64,000 nt of DNA, taken from NCBI GenBank assembly GCA_964527715.1, contig CAZGOD010000005.1:22793-86792 (forward strand), given 5' to 3'. A model generated the notes under the pieces. That model worked only from the letters and a program-made list of their open reading frames with translations, had not been told where the DNA came from and made no database searches. Made by a program: the position numbers and the translations under genes. The stretch comes from an uncultured Thermoplasmatales archaeon. Its GTDB lineage: Archaea > Thermoplasmatota > E2 > DHVEG-1. Shown here piece after piece: positions 19,203 through 28,410 of the stretch (position 1 is the stretch's first letter; the number at the start of each line of letters is the position of its first letter).

Positions 19203-20507
19203 ATGGTTGAAATTTCTCCATTTAAAGGTATAACTTATAACAAGGATAAAATAAGCAAACTTGGTGATGTAATGTCCCCGCCATATGATATAATTTCTTC
19301 AGAGATGCAAGATGAACTATATGAAAAAAATCCATATAATTTTGTGAGGTTCATACTTGGTAAACAAAACCCAGGTGATACTGATACTAACAATAGGTAT
19401 ACTCGGGCTAAAGAGCTATATGATAAATGGATAAATGAAACAATACTCGTTGGCTCAGATAAACCAGCTATTTTCCCGTATAAAATCAATTACAAGGCTG
19501 ATAACCAGTCTAAAACCATGAATGGTTTCTTTGTTTTACTGAGGTTGGATCCTGAGTATAAATTTGTTAAAGCCCATGAGAGGACACTTCCCAAGCCAAA
19601 AGCAGATCGTTTGAACCTTATGAGAGCTATGAATGCGAACCTTGAACCAATACAGCTTTTATACATCGATGAAGAGCAGAGTATAAGGAAAAAAATTGAT
19701 GAAACAATTGGTGAACCCATTGTTGATGTAACTGGGTATGATGGTTTTAGTCATAAGCTTTGGAAATTAGAAGATGAAAGCATGATTTCTATGATAAAGA
19801 ATAGTCTCAAAGATAAAATCTTGTTTATCGCAGATGGACATCATCGGTATCAAACAGCGGTTAACTATGCAAGTGAGATGAAAAACAAAACTGGTGATAA
19901 GGATGAAAAAGCACCGTTTAATTATAGGATGGTGATCCTTGCTAATATGTTTGATGAGGGTCTTTCTATTCTTCCCACTCATAGATTGATAAAGAAACCT
20001 GATGTTGATGTTGAGGGTTTAATAATAAAATTACGTGAATATTTTATCGTTGAAGAGAAAAAAATTATGGATTCAAAGTATAGTTATGGTGTTGTTAGTG
20101 AGAAAATTAAGGATGAGATTAAAACAGATAGTGAGCATAAATTCGTGATGTATCTGAAGGGTAGGTATTATGTTTTAACACTTAGAGATGAAAGTGTTAT
20201 GGATGGTTTTGCAGGTGATCGTTCAAAGACTTGGCGTAATCTTGATGTGTCTATTTTGCATAAGATTATTCTTGAGGGTTTGATAGGTATTGGTGATAAG
20301 AATCTTGAGGATCATGTTAGGTATACTCGTGTTGATGAAGAAGCGGTTAGATTTGTTGATGAGGGTAGGTTTGATTTTTCTTTTCTTATGAATGCTACTC
20401 GGATTGAGGAGTTAAAGGCTATTGCTGATGCTGGTGAGCATATGCCTCAGAAGTCTACTTATTTTTTGCCTAAGATGTTGTCTGGTCTTGTTATGTATGA
20501 AATGTAA
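19203..20507 (+). CDS. DUF1015 family protein.
   Basis: N-terminal I.PFKG..YN......LGDVMSPPYDIIS matches the DUF1015 signature. 434 aa. Confidence 0.6.
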   Translation: MVEISPFKGITYNKDKISKLGDVMSPPYDIISSEMQDELYEKNPYNFVRFILGKQNPGDTDTNNRYTRAKELYDKWINETILVGSDKPAIFPYKINYKADNQSKTMNGFFVLLRLDPEYKFVKAHERTLPKPKADRLNLMRAMNANLEPIQLLYIDEEQSIRKKIDETIGEPIVDVTGYDGFSHKLWKLEDESMISMIKNSLKDKILFIADGHHRYQTAVNYASEMKNKTGDKDEKAPFNYRMVILANMFDEGLSILPTHRLIKKPDVDVEGLIIKLREYFIVEEKKIMDSKYSYGVVSEKIKDEIKTDSEHKFVMYLKGRYYVLTLRDESVMDGFAGDRSKTWRNLDVSILHKIILEGLIGIGDKNLEDHVRYTRVDEEAVRFVDEGRFDFSFLMNATRIEELKAIADAGEHMPQKSTYFLPKMLSGLVMYEM

Positions 20508-20729
20508 TTGTTTTCATGGTCTTTTTTTTTTATATTTTTAGTAAAATATTTTTGGATTTTTACATTGTGACATTTTTGCTAGAAAGTATTATATACCATT
20601 AATGACAAATATTAACATGATATAGTTTGACTATGTCACGGGACTCTTTATTTATAAAGGGGTGAACATAAAATGTTAGAAGATAAAATAATGAATGATA
20701 TTTTTGAAGAGAAGGTGGCGGATAAGTAA

Positions 20730-20840
20730 ATGCCTGCAATAGCTTTTGTTTTAATTGGTTTTGGAGCAGGCTTATTAGTAATGGTTATAATAAGTGTTTA
20801 TAGATCATTTTTTAAAATTTGGAATGAGGGGTTAGATTAA
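20730..20840 (+). CDS. Candidate 36-aa hydrophobic peptide (MPAIAFVLIGFGAGLLVMVIISVYRSFFKIWNEGLD). It is preceded by an 18-aa ORF (20673..20729) that has a good Shine-Dalgarno sequence.
   Basis: AAGGGGTGA Shine-Dalgarno 7 nt before ATG 20673. The second ATG follows immediately after the TAA stop. Followed by a hairpin plus T-run terminator. Confidence 0.2.
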   Translation: MPAIAFVLIGFGAGLLVMVIISVYRSFFKIWNEGLD

Positions 20841-20863
20841 AAATCATAAAAAAATGAAAAAAT

Positions 20864-20900
20864 GAGATAGTAAAAAATGTCTATCTCAAATTTTTTATTT
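20864..20900. terminator. Bidirectional stem-loop terminator (GAGATAG-loop-CTATCTC) flanked by T-runs on both strands.
   Basis: Perfect 7-bp inverted repeat with a 10-nt loop. TTTTTTATTTT follows on the plus strand and TTTTTTCATTTTTTT on the minus strand. It lies between two gene ends. Confidence 0.5.
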
Positions 20901-21320
20901 TGGTATTACTTTTTTTGGTATGTCGATTTCTTCAGTCTTACCAGCATCCCAAATAGCACGGATTGCTAGAAGACCAGCAGCTGGTGCAGCAAATATGAAC
21001 AAGTATCCTGTTATGTTGGTGAAATATGGTTCAATACCTGCCCATGTTCCGATAGTCCATGTGGTAGAAGCTGCGCCTATCATAACTAATATTAGTGCCG
21101 CTATCAAAAATGTTGGTACTTTTTCTTCAGATATATTACCAATCGCGAAGAATGACAGTATACCAACGACAAATCCAAGCACTGCTAGTAATGCTGCGAC
21201 ATATGCGTCCGGATCTGCGTACCAATCGGCTCCAACTATTAAACCGACTAATATTGCTATTATTACTCCTAATAGGAATAACCAACTTCCTATTTTCTTG
21301 AATATTGCTTCCATCTCCAC
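20895..21320 (-). CDS. Small 4-TM membrane protein of unknown family. Paralog of 40165..40596.
   Basis: Shares KIGSW.FL.G..IA.LVGL at the N-terminus and AP.AGLLAI.AIW..GK at the C-terminus with the second copy. Confidence 0.6.
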   Translation of the reverse strand: MEMEAIFKKIGSWLFLLGVIIAILVGLIVGADWYADPDAYVAALLAVLGFVVGILSFFAIGNISEEKVPTFLIAALILVMIGAASTTWTIGTWAGIEPYFTNITGYLFIFAAPAAGLLAIRAIWDAGKTEEIDIPKKVIPK

Positions 21321-21662
21321 TCCTCTATATTTTTATTTACCCCTAAAAATATGATGAGATTATTTAAGTCTTTAGTGTAAAAGAACCAATAAGTGTATAT
21401 GTAGGTGAATAGATACATCCTCTGGAGTATATCTTATAGAGTATTTTGTCAAAAAGTAATTTTTCCCATTTTGACGTTTTTATAAGTTAATCTTATATAT
21501 TTCTAATAATAAATCTTAACATGTTACTCTATAATATCTAAGTAACCCAACAGTGGAGGGGGTCCCAAGTAATTTTAATTCACCTCTTCTTGCATCTTAG
21601 ACCCCCTCTTCAACCCCCTTATTTTATAGGAAAAATTTAAGTTACTAACACTGATATTAATA

Positions 21663-22001
21663 ATGGGAAGGGATATGAAAACAATAATGGTAGTAGATGA
21701 TGAAACAGATATTCTTGAACAGGTAAAATCATCACTTGAGGAAGATGAATATGAAGTTATCACCGCTTCAAGTAGCCGTAAAGCATTAGAGCTACTGGAG
21801 GGAGAAAGAGAAAACGATTTTGATCTAATACTGATAGATACACCCTTACCTGATAAAACTGATACCTCGTCTGCATTGTTTTCAATGGTACCAAAATCAA
21901 AGACATCGATTAATATGGATAAAGATGAAAACTTTTTACAAAAACCTTTCACAAGGGAGCAACTAGTTGATTTCATAAAAAGCAAGATTAGAGTTGATTA
22001 A
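21663..22001 (+). CDS. Stand-alone response regulator receiver domain protein (somewhat atypical REC). The likely start is MKTIMVV at 21675.
   Basis: VVDDETD acidic pocket, acceptor Asp in LILIDTPLPD, K-P in LQKPF. Confidence 0.7.
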   Translation: MGRDMKTIMVVDDETDILEQVKSSLEEDEYEVITASSSRKALELLEGERENDFDLILIDTPLPDKTDTSSALFSMVPKSKTSINMDKDENFLQKPFTREQLVDFIKSKIRVD

Positions 22002-22119
22002 AGTTTTTATAAAATTAGTGTTTTTAATTAAAAATAACCATAAGGAGAAGCTTACATTTATGTAATTATTATTATATTAATAAAACCCCACATACAAAAA
22101 AAGAAAAAAAGAGGATTTT

Positions 22120-23991
22120 TTAGAGACTGGTTGAGCCGTTGCTTTGACTTTGTGATTGACTGCTAGGGCCACTCTGACTGCTTTGCTGGTTCTTAGGCAT
22201 AGTAACAGTAAGCGTGCCCCAGTTACTCTCAGCGCCATGAATATTTGTAGCTTTAGCTTTGATATTGTATGTTCCTTCTATATTCCAAATATGACTAACA
22301 ATAATTTCTTCACCGGAAACAAATAGTCCTTCAACAACCTCAATATTATCGTCACCCCAATCAATTGTATATTTAGCTATATCATCACCGACTGGGTCAA
22401 TTGAAACGAATGTATAGTTGTATTCTTTTCCTACTTTTCCAGATGTTGGACCTGTTATAGTTGGTGGTTCTGGAGGATTAATATTAACAGATAAATAATC
22501 AGACCACTCACTTAAAGGTCCTTCTTCATCCTTTGCTCTCACTCTTACATCATATCGACCTGAAGACATCCATGTATGAGTTGCATTCGCAGTTTGACCT
22601 GACTCATGCGGGCCAAGCCATTCACTGTATGTACCATCTCCCCAGTCCCACATGTAAGATATATTATTTCCTTCAGGATCATAGGTATTAGTCTCGTAGA
22701 TGTAATTAACTCCTGGTTCACCAGGAGTCTGACCAAAAGGTTCTTCTGGTATATTAGGCGGATAGTTAACGTCATCTTTAAAACAATAGATATCAGCATA
22801 CCATGAACAAACTATCATTTTTCCATTTGCGATGACCGGATCGGAGTTTATGTAATCGTAACCGTCTATGGTATACATCCATATAAGATCACCACTCATC
22901 GCATTAAGACAGTAAATATTTTTGTCATATGAACAGACATAAACTTTTCCATCAGCAACTGTAGGATCCGCCCAAGAAACCATACCTGCTGTAAAATCCC
23001 ACAAATGTTGTCCTGTTTCAGCATCAAGACAGTACAACTTTCCATCTTTGGACGTAACATAAACTCGATTATATGCAATAGTTGGAGAACATACTATTTT
23101 ATCTCCAGTTTCAAATTTCCATATACAATATTTTGTTTTAGCATTAATACAATAGATATTACCGCCATCATTTCCAAAATAGATTTTACCATCATACGCT
23201 GTAGGTGAATTGAAAATTTCATCATTAGTATAATATTTCCATAATTTAGTCCCTGTATCTGCATCTATACAATAAAGAATACCTCCTTCATCACCAACAT
23301 AAACTCGACCATTGCTAAGACATGGAGGACAAAAAGTTGTACAATCCAAGTTACATTTCCATATTGTTGATCCATCCTCAACATCTAGGCAGTAAAGAAG
23401 CCCCTTATTAAATTCGAAAGGTGTTGCAACATATAGTTTCTTATTATGAACTAATGGTCTACGTATTTGCCCCTCTAATCGAACTGACCATTTTAAACTT
23501 CCATCATCTGCATCTAATGCATATAGGTTATCATCAAAAAAAGATGGCATAGATGGAATAAAAACAGTACCATAATCAACTGCAGCGCAATCTTCAAATA
23601 CTATGCTCCCGGGAGGATTAAAAGTCCAAATAGCTTCTCCTGTTAGCTCGTCAAGACAAAATACTGTTCCATTAAGATCCCTAGTACCAAAGTAGATTTT
23701 CCCCTCATATATAACAGGGTCACCAACAATTTCACGCGTGTGAGAACCATATTTAGATAAATCTAACATCCACAAAATGTTATTTGTTTCAGGTGCTTGT
23801 GATAGAGAGTAGCTTAAACGCTCAGAGTCATGTCCATCCATCGGCCACCAATCATTAGGCCTACTTTCATTAGGTATATAGATCTCTTTATTTACATCTC
23901 CATAAATCTCTGCATCTACAGTCACGATCGTTGACATTAATAACAAGCCTATTACAATGGTTGATACAATTATTTTTTTCATTTTTATCAC
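22120..23991 (-). CDS. Secreted PQQ-like beta-propeller repeat protein with two C-terminal PKD domains and a Ser/Gln-rich tail.
   Basis: Signal peptide. Eight or more repeats of the type DGKIYFG....LYCLDA.TG..LWK. PKD motifs YMWDWGDGTYSEW and YTIDWGDDN. C-terminal SQSGPSSQSQSQS. Confidence 0.8.
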   Translation of the reverse strand: MIKMKKIIVSTIVIGLLLMSTIVTVDAEIYGDVNKEIYIPNESRPNDWWPMDGHDSERLSYSLSQAPETNNILWMLDLSKYGSHTREIVGDPVIYEGKIYFGTRDLNGTVFCLDELTGEAIWTFNPPGSIVFEDCAAVDYGTVFIPSMPSFFDDNLYALDADDGSLKWSVRLEGQIRRPLVHNKKLYVATPFEFNKGLLYCLDVEDGSTIWKCNLDCTTFCPPCLSNGRVYVGDEGGILYCIDADTGTKLWKYYTNDEIFNSPTAYDGKIYFGNDGGNIYCINAKTKYCIWKFETGDKIVCSPTIAYNRVYVTSKDGKLYCLDAETGQHLWDFTAGMVSWADPTVADGKVYVCSYDKNIYCLNAMSGDLIWMYTIDGYDYINSDPVIANGKMIVCSWYADIYCFKDDVNYPPNIPEEPFGQTPGEPGVNYIYETNTYDPEGNNISYMWDWGDGTYSEWLGPHESGQTANATHTWMSSGRYDVRVRAKDEEGPLSEWSDYLSVNINPPEPPTITGPTSGKVGKEYNYTFVSIDPVGDDIAKYTIDWGDDNIEVVEGLFVSGEEIIVSHIWNIEGTYNIKAKATNIHGAESNWGTLTVTMPKNQQSSQSGPSSQSQSQSNGSTSL

Positions 23992-24191
23992 CTTTTCCTA
24001 TATGTTTTTATCTTCAAGTATTCGCCTTTGGAGTTTATAAAGCTTATCTGACAAATCTATTCTAAATAGTATATATATTTTATAGCTCAATCGTTTAATG
24101 TTGAAATTTAACCCAAATTTTTTTATGCAACAAAATGACAAACACAAAAAGATTAAAACCAATTATGTAAAAAGCAAGATGAAATAAAAAC

Positions 24192-24776
24192 CTAGTTTTG
24201 ATTCAATGCTTTTTCTATTGATTTAAAATCTTCAACTAATATTTCCAGGGTATTAGGGTTATAAGTAGCAATAGCTGGATGATACATTGGTATCACCTTG
24301 ATTTTCCCAGAAAGCGTGTTAACAGTATGTATTTTCCCATGGATACTACTTATTTTATCAAATTTAAGCCCAAATTTTTCAAAAACATATGATGCTGCAA
24401 AACTACCAAGTGGAACAATTATCTCTGGTTGAATAATCTCCATCTGCTTGTTAAGATATGGTGTACAAGTTTCTATTTCGCTCTGCAGGGGATTTCTATT
24501 ACCTGGTGGTCTACATTTAAGAATATTAGCAATATAAACAGCATCTCTGTCTATCCCTATTGATTGTAGTAGTTCATCGAGGATTTTACCAGCTTTTCCA
24601 ACAAAAGGTAAACCCTGTAAGTCCTCATTGTAACCAGGTGCCTCGCCTATAAAGAGAACCTTGGTATCTACACTTCCATCACCGGGTACAGCGTTCTTCC
24701 TAGTTTTCCAGAGATCACATTTTTTACAGTTTTTAACTAGAACACTGATATCCTGCATTTGATCTTTTTTGGACAT
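24192..24776 (-). CDS. udg: Uracil-DNA glycosylase, family 4 (thermophilic/archaeal type, 4Fe-4S).
   Basis: CKKCDLW...Cys cluster, motif A GEAPGYNED, FVGKAGKILDELL. Confidence 0.85.
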   Translation of the reverse strand: MSKKDQMQDISVLVKNCKKCDLWKTRKNAVPGDGSVDTKVLFIGEAPGYNEDLQGLPFVGKAGKILDELLQSIGIDRDAVYIANILKCRPPGNRNPLQSEIETCTPYLNKQMEIIQPEIIVPLGSFAASYVFEKFGLKFDKISSIHGKIHTVNTLSGKIKVIPMYHPAIATYNPNTLEILVEDFKSIEKALNQN

Positions 24777-24823
24777 TTAATGAACTGAATCTAGGTTTAT
24801 CTTTATATGTATTCACCATATTC

Positions 24824-25273
24824 TTGGTTCTACATAGTTGGAGAGATAGCATGCAGAGTAAAGAAAAAGATAATTTAATTTTTATAAGACTCTTCCCAGA
24901 TGAAAACTTGAATGACGAGTTAAAAAAAACATGCCAGGCTCACGATGTTAAAACCGCTATTGTAATATCTGGAATAGGTCAACTGAAAAATGTTCAACTT
25001 GGTTATTTCAAAAAGAAAGATGATTATTCACCAGAGGTATTTGATAAGCCCCTTGAATTACTATCATTATCTGGTAACATATGCCGAGAAGAAGATGATT
25101 ACAATCTTCATTTGCATGCTGTTCTCGGGGATGAAAAAAAGAATGCTCTAGGTGGTCATCTAATAGAGTCCCAGGTAGAGGTCACAGGTGAAATAGTATT
25201 ACTTAAGACAGAAATACCAGTAGAAAGAAGACTTGATGAAAAAACTGGTTTAAAAGTTCTCTTTCTTGAGTAA
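24824..25273 (+). CDS. PPC (DUF296) domain protein. The likely start is the internal Met at about 24851.
   Basis: HLHAVLG....GGHL.E..VEVTGEIVLL matches the PPC/DUF296 core. Confidence 0.55.
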   Translation: MVLHSWRDSMQSKEKDNLIFIRLFPDENLNDELKKTCQAHDVKTAIVISGIGQLKNVQLGYFKKKDDYSPEVFDKPLELLSLSGNICREEDDYNLHLHAVLGDEKKNALGGHLIESQVEVTGEIVLLKTEIPVERRLDEKTGLKVLFLE

Positions 25274-25325
25274 AAGTTATTATACATGAACAGATTTACA
25301 TAAGACTTGGAGGGATGAAAAAAAT

Positions 25326-25571
25326 ATGACTGAATTCGGAGAACTTGGTGGAAAAATTAAAACCCTTAAAACTGCTCGTGGCATCCTAAATGAGGAGTAT
25401 TCCCAGTCTGAGTTTCATAAGAAAAAAGAGGCGAATCCTCATTCAACTGTGCCACCTTCTCCAGAAGATGAGAATATCTATAAGCTTTTAACTGCTATTC
25501 AACAACTTGATCATTATGTTAAGAAATTCCAAGATGAACAATTCACTCTTTTGAAAAAACAAGAAAAATAA
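25326..25571 (+). CDS. Hypothetical 81-aa protein.
   Basis: ORF only. Confidence 0.3.
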   Translation: MTEFGELGGKIKTLKTARGILNEEYSQSEFHKKKEANPHSTVPPSPEDENIYKLLTAIQQLDHYVKKFQDEQFTLLKKQEK

Positions 25572-25595
25572 TAAACCCATGTTTTAGTCCGGGTT

Positions 25596-27131
25596 TTATA
25601 GTACATTTCTTCTAATACCAAACATAGATTTTACTAAAACAATGATTGGAATAATCTCTAGTCTACCTATCCACATGTTAAAAATCAGCATTGTTTTCGC
25701 ACCAGGGTGCATAGATATACTTGTCATACCTGTGGTGAGACCAACGTTACCCTGAGCTGAGCATACCTCAAATATCACATTGCCTAGGGTTTCTTTGGGG
25801 AATGCTGCGGCTATAAACATTATACCAACTGATAATAGTATAACCCACATAAACGATATTATTGCTGCCTCGTTGATGAGATCCATCGCGTCATCTCTTG
25901 AAAGAGATTTATCACCAAGTTTATGAACAAAAACACGGCGTGGTGTTGATATAGCTCTTTTTATCCTCCAGCCAACACCCTTGTAGAGTAGTATCGCTCG
26001 GAATAGTTTTATCCCACCAGCTGTTGAACCAGCTGCTCCACCAATGATCATAGCAAAAGCCATTATTAGTTTCGCAGATTCCGCCCACTCTAGAGAAATG
26101 ACTTCTGCTGATTCTGATGCGAAACCAGTACAAGTAGCTGCTGATACAAATTGAAAACCAGATTTTTTCAATGATAATAGAAGATTCTCGTTATAGTAAT
26201 CTAGGTTGACTATGGTGAGAGCTATGACTCCTAGGATGATTAATGCGACTAGTGCTTTAAACTGAGGATCTGAGAAAAACTTCTTCATCCTGCCTTTCAA
26301 AAGATGGTAATGAGCTGCAAAGGCTATAGCTCCTGCGAACATGAGCGCTAGGATAGCTATCTGTGTGATATTGCCAAAACCTACCAAACTATTATCTGTA
26401 ACAGAGAAACCACCAGTAGCAAGACCAGTCATAGCATGGTTAAGTGACTGCCAAGCATCCATACCATTTGTTGTCAGCCAGCCAATAATAATCAAAGCAA
26501 CGATACCTATAATGGTATATAATAGGAATATCCACCAGATCGTTCGCACTGTTGAAGTAATAGATGGATGTGTTTTTTGATCACGAGCTTCTCCTTTGTA
26601 TAGTACAAAAGAACCAGTACCTGGTCTTGCAAGAATAGAGAGTGTTAGAACAATAACTCCTACTCCTCCAACCCATTGAATTAGTGTACGCCAAAACTGC
26701 AACGTGTATGGCAATGCTGCCTCATTTGCAACCATGGTAAGACCAGTACCAGTCCAACCAGACATTGACTCAAAAAAAGCAGAGAGAGGGTCCATATGAC
26801 TAGTTCCACTGTATGGAATCAGCCAGAATGGGATACTACCAATAATGGAAATAAAAAGCCATCCAAGCGCAGCTGTCACCATCGCACTTTTGAAATCAGG
26901 TGGATCAGCTTTTTTAAAAGCATAATACAGAGGTAGACCAGCACCAAAAAACACAGCAGCAGTGACCAGAATAGGCCCAAGCGCCTCAACATTACCATCT
27001 CCGTATTCCCCAAAATACAGAGGTACAATTAATGCAATTAGGGTTACAAACCCTACAATGATGAATATACCACCGAGGTCCCTGGAGACACTTCTAGCAT
27101 CACTCATATTACCTGTTTTTCTCCTAAACAC
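25596..27131 (-). CDS. trkH: TrkH/KtrB-family cation (K+) transporter.
   Basis: Four selectivity-filter-like repeats: GWTGTGL, TGLATGGFS, CTGFAS, NVGLTTGM. 511 aa. Confidence 0.85.
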   Translation of the reverse strand: MFRRKTGNMSDARSVSRDLGGIFIIVGFVTLIALIVPLYFGEYGDGNVEALGPILVTAAVFFGAGLPLYYAFKKADPPDFKSAMVTAALGWLFISIIGSIPFWLIPYSGTSHMDPLSAFFESMSGWTGTGLTMVANEAALPYTLQFWRTLIQWVGGVGVIVLTLSILARPGTGSFVLYKGEARDQKTHPSITSTVRTIWWIFLLYTIIGIVALIIIGWLTTNGMDAWQSLNHAMTGLATGGFSVTDNSLVGFGNITQIAILALMFAGAIAFAAHYHLLKGRMKKFFSDPQFKALVALIILGVIALTIVNLDYYNENLLLSLKKSGFQFVSAATCTGFASESAEVISLEWAESAKLIMAFAMIIGGAAGSTAGGIKLFRAILLYKGVGWRIKRAISTPRRVFVHKLGDKSLSRDDAMDLINEAAIISFMWVILLSVGIMFIAAAFPKETLGNVIFEVCSAQGNVGLTTGMTSISMHPGAKTMLIFNMWIGRLEIIPIIVLVKSMFGIRRNVL

Positions 27132-27184
27132 ATAATATTAAATTTTTTTTCAACAAAACAATAAAATAACAACTACTTATATTT

Positions 27185-28069
27185 TTACAGATTCTTAATC
27201 TCTTTTATTCTTCTTTCCATGTTTTCTTTGAGATCTTTTGATATATCTCTCCTGGTAAAGGCATCTGCTCTGGCAGCAATTGATATATTCGCTGCTATTA
27301 CCCGTGCGATTTTGCCTCTATAGTTTCTATGGGCTTTGTTAATGGATTGATGCTGGAAAATCACACCATGTTTAGGAGGTTTTCCACCTTCTTTTTTAAA
27401 TCTGAAAAGAGCTTTTTCAGCTCCTAAAACCTGAATCGTTGAAGCAGGCATAACCGCTAGTTTTTCCAATCTGCCTGCGTATGATATCAGTCTTGCACCA
27501 ATTAAGGATCCGACTATCATACAAGTATTTGGAGCTATCTTTTTCATATCAGATTCAATTTGTTGTTCTAAGGTTTTTATCCCGGCGTCAACAGTGGAAA
27601 ACGTGTTTTTAAGTGGCTGAATTTTTTTCTCTGGTGTTGGTACCGCTGACCAGCGTTCTAAACGCTCTGAAAGAAGGTTAGATGTCTGTATAAGATCATC
27701 AAGAGCATTAACCATTTGGATAACTTGCAGATCTTCTGATTCAAGTTTTTTCTTAACGTTTTCTCTAGTTACCAGAATCGCGGCTTTATGAAGCAAATTT
27801 TTAGGGTAATCAAAATCTTCTGGTTCTATCCCTGTGTTTTTAAAAAACTGGTCAGTTGGGCTGTAGTCACCTATTTTCTCTAGTCTCTTCTCATTTACTT
27901 TTACTTTAACATTTTTTATGAGTTTCTTTTCATGGGGTAGTACCTCTTTTTTGTTTATTTTCTGTAGTATTTTTGCGATTTCTTTTTCATCTTTTGGGAA
28001 GAGAATCTTGTTTTTTATACCCTTTTTATCGCAGAGGAATGTGCCGAACCATTTTGTTATAAGATACAT
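27185..28069 (-). CDS. nop5: Nop5/Nop56/58-family box C/D snoRNP protein, short form with NOSIC and Nop domains.
   Basis: Nop-domain core IGARLISYAGRLEKLAVMPASTIQVLGAEKALFR...K.PKHG.I......I and the downstream RGKIARVIAANISIAARAD. Confidence 0.8.
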   Translation of the reverse strand: MYLITKWFGTFLCDKKGIKNKILFPKDEKEIAKILQKINKKEVLPHEKKLIKNVKVKVNEKRLEKIGDYSPTDQFFKNTGIEPEDFDYPKNLLHKAAILVTRENVKKKLESEDLQVIQMVNALDDLIQTSNLLSERLERWSAVPTPEKKIQPLKNTFSTVDAGIKTLEQQIESDMKKIAPNTCMIVGSLIGARLISYAGRLEKLAVMPASTIQVLGAEKALFRFKKEGGKPPKHGVIFQHQSINKAHRNYRGKIARVIAANISIAARADAFTRRDISKDLKENMERRIKEIKNL

Positions 28070-28125
28070 GTGAATACTTGAGACTTGATAAGAAACTTTA
28101 TTTAATTTATTTTACGCTTTAAAAA

Positions 28126-28389
28126 TTAGATAGAAAATAATAGACCAATTGGGATGAACAACAGACTAAGGATAATCCCTGTTAAACCTAGGTATTTGTC
28201 TTTATTTGATCCCCAGTATGCCATAAGGCCAAAGATTATTGCTAAAACTATCATTGGTAGCTCTAAGATTATGTAGAAAAAAACCTCTGAGAAGAACTTA
28301 AATATCTCTGACCATACTATGAAAAAAGGTATAACGCTTAAAATTAGTGATAATATTCCAAAGCCTATCTGTTCTTTTTCTTTAACCAT
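28126..28389 (-). CDS. Small 3-TM membrane protein.
   Basis: 87 aa, hydrophobic. Lies 21 nt downstream of the 51-aa basic ORF. Confidence 0.45.
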   Translation of the reverse strand: MVKEKEQIGFGILSLILSVIPFFIVWSEIFKFFSEVFFYIILELPMIVLAIIFGLMAYWGSNKDKYLGLTGIILSLLFIPIGLLFSI

Positions 28390-28410
28390 TTCTGTTTTCC
28401 TTTGAATCTT

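Noticed and set aside
21575-21985. 136-aa minus-strand ORF antisense to the REC gene.
   Set aside because: Low-complexity Ser-rich translation, antisense to a gene with clear REC motifs.
24124-24186. 20-codon ORF starting at the ATG within the 26-nt repeated motif.
   Set aside because: The second copy of the motif (28850) opens a reading frame of only 7 codons. The motif is therefore unlikely to be a conserved start of a peptide gene.
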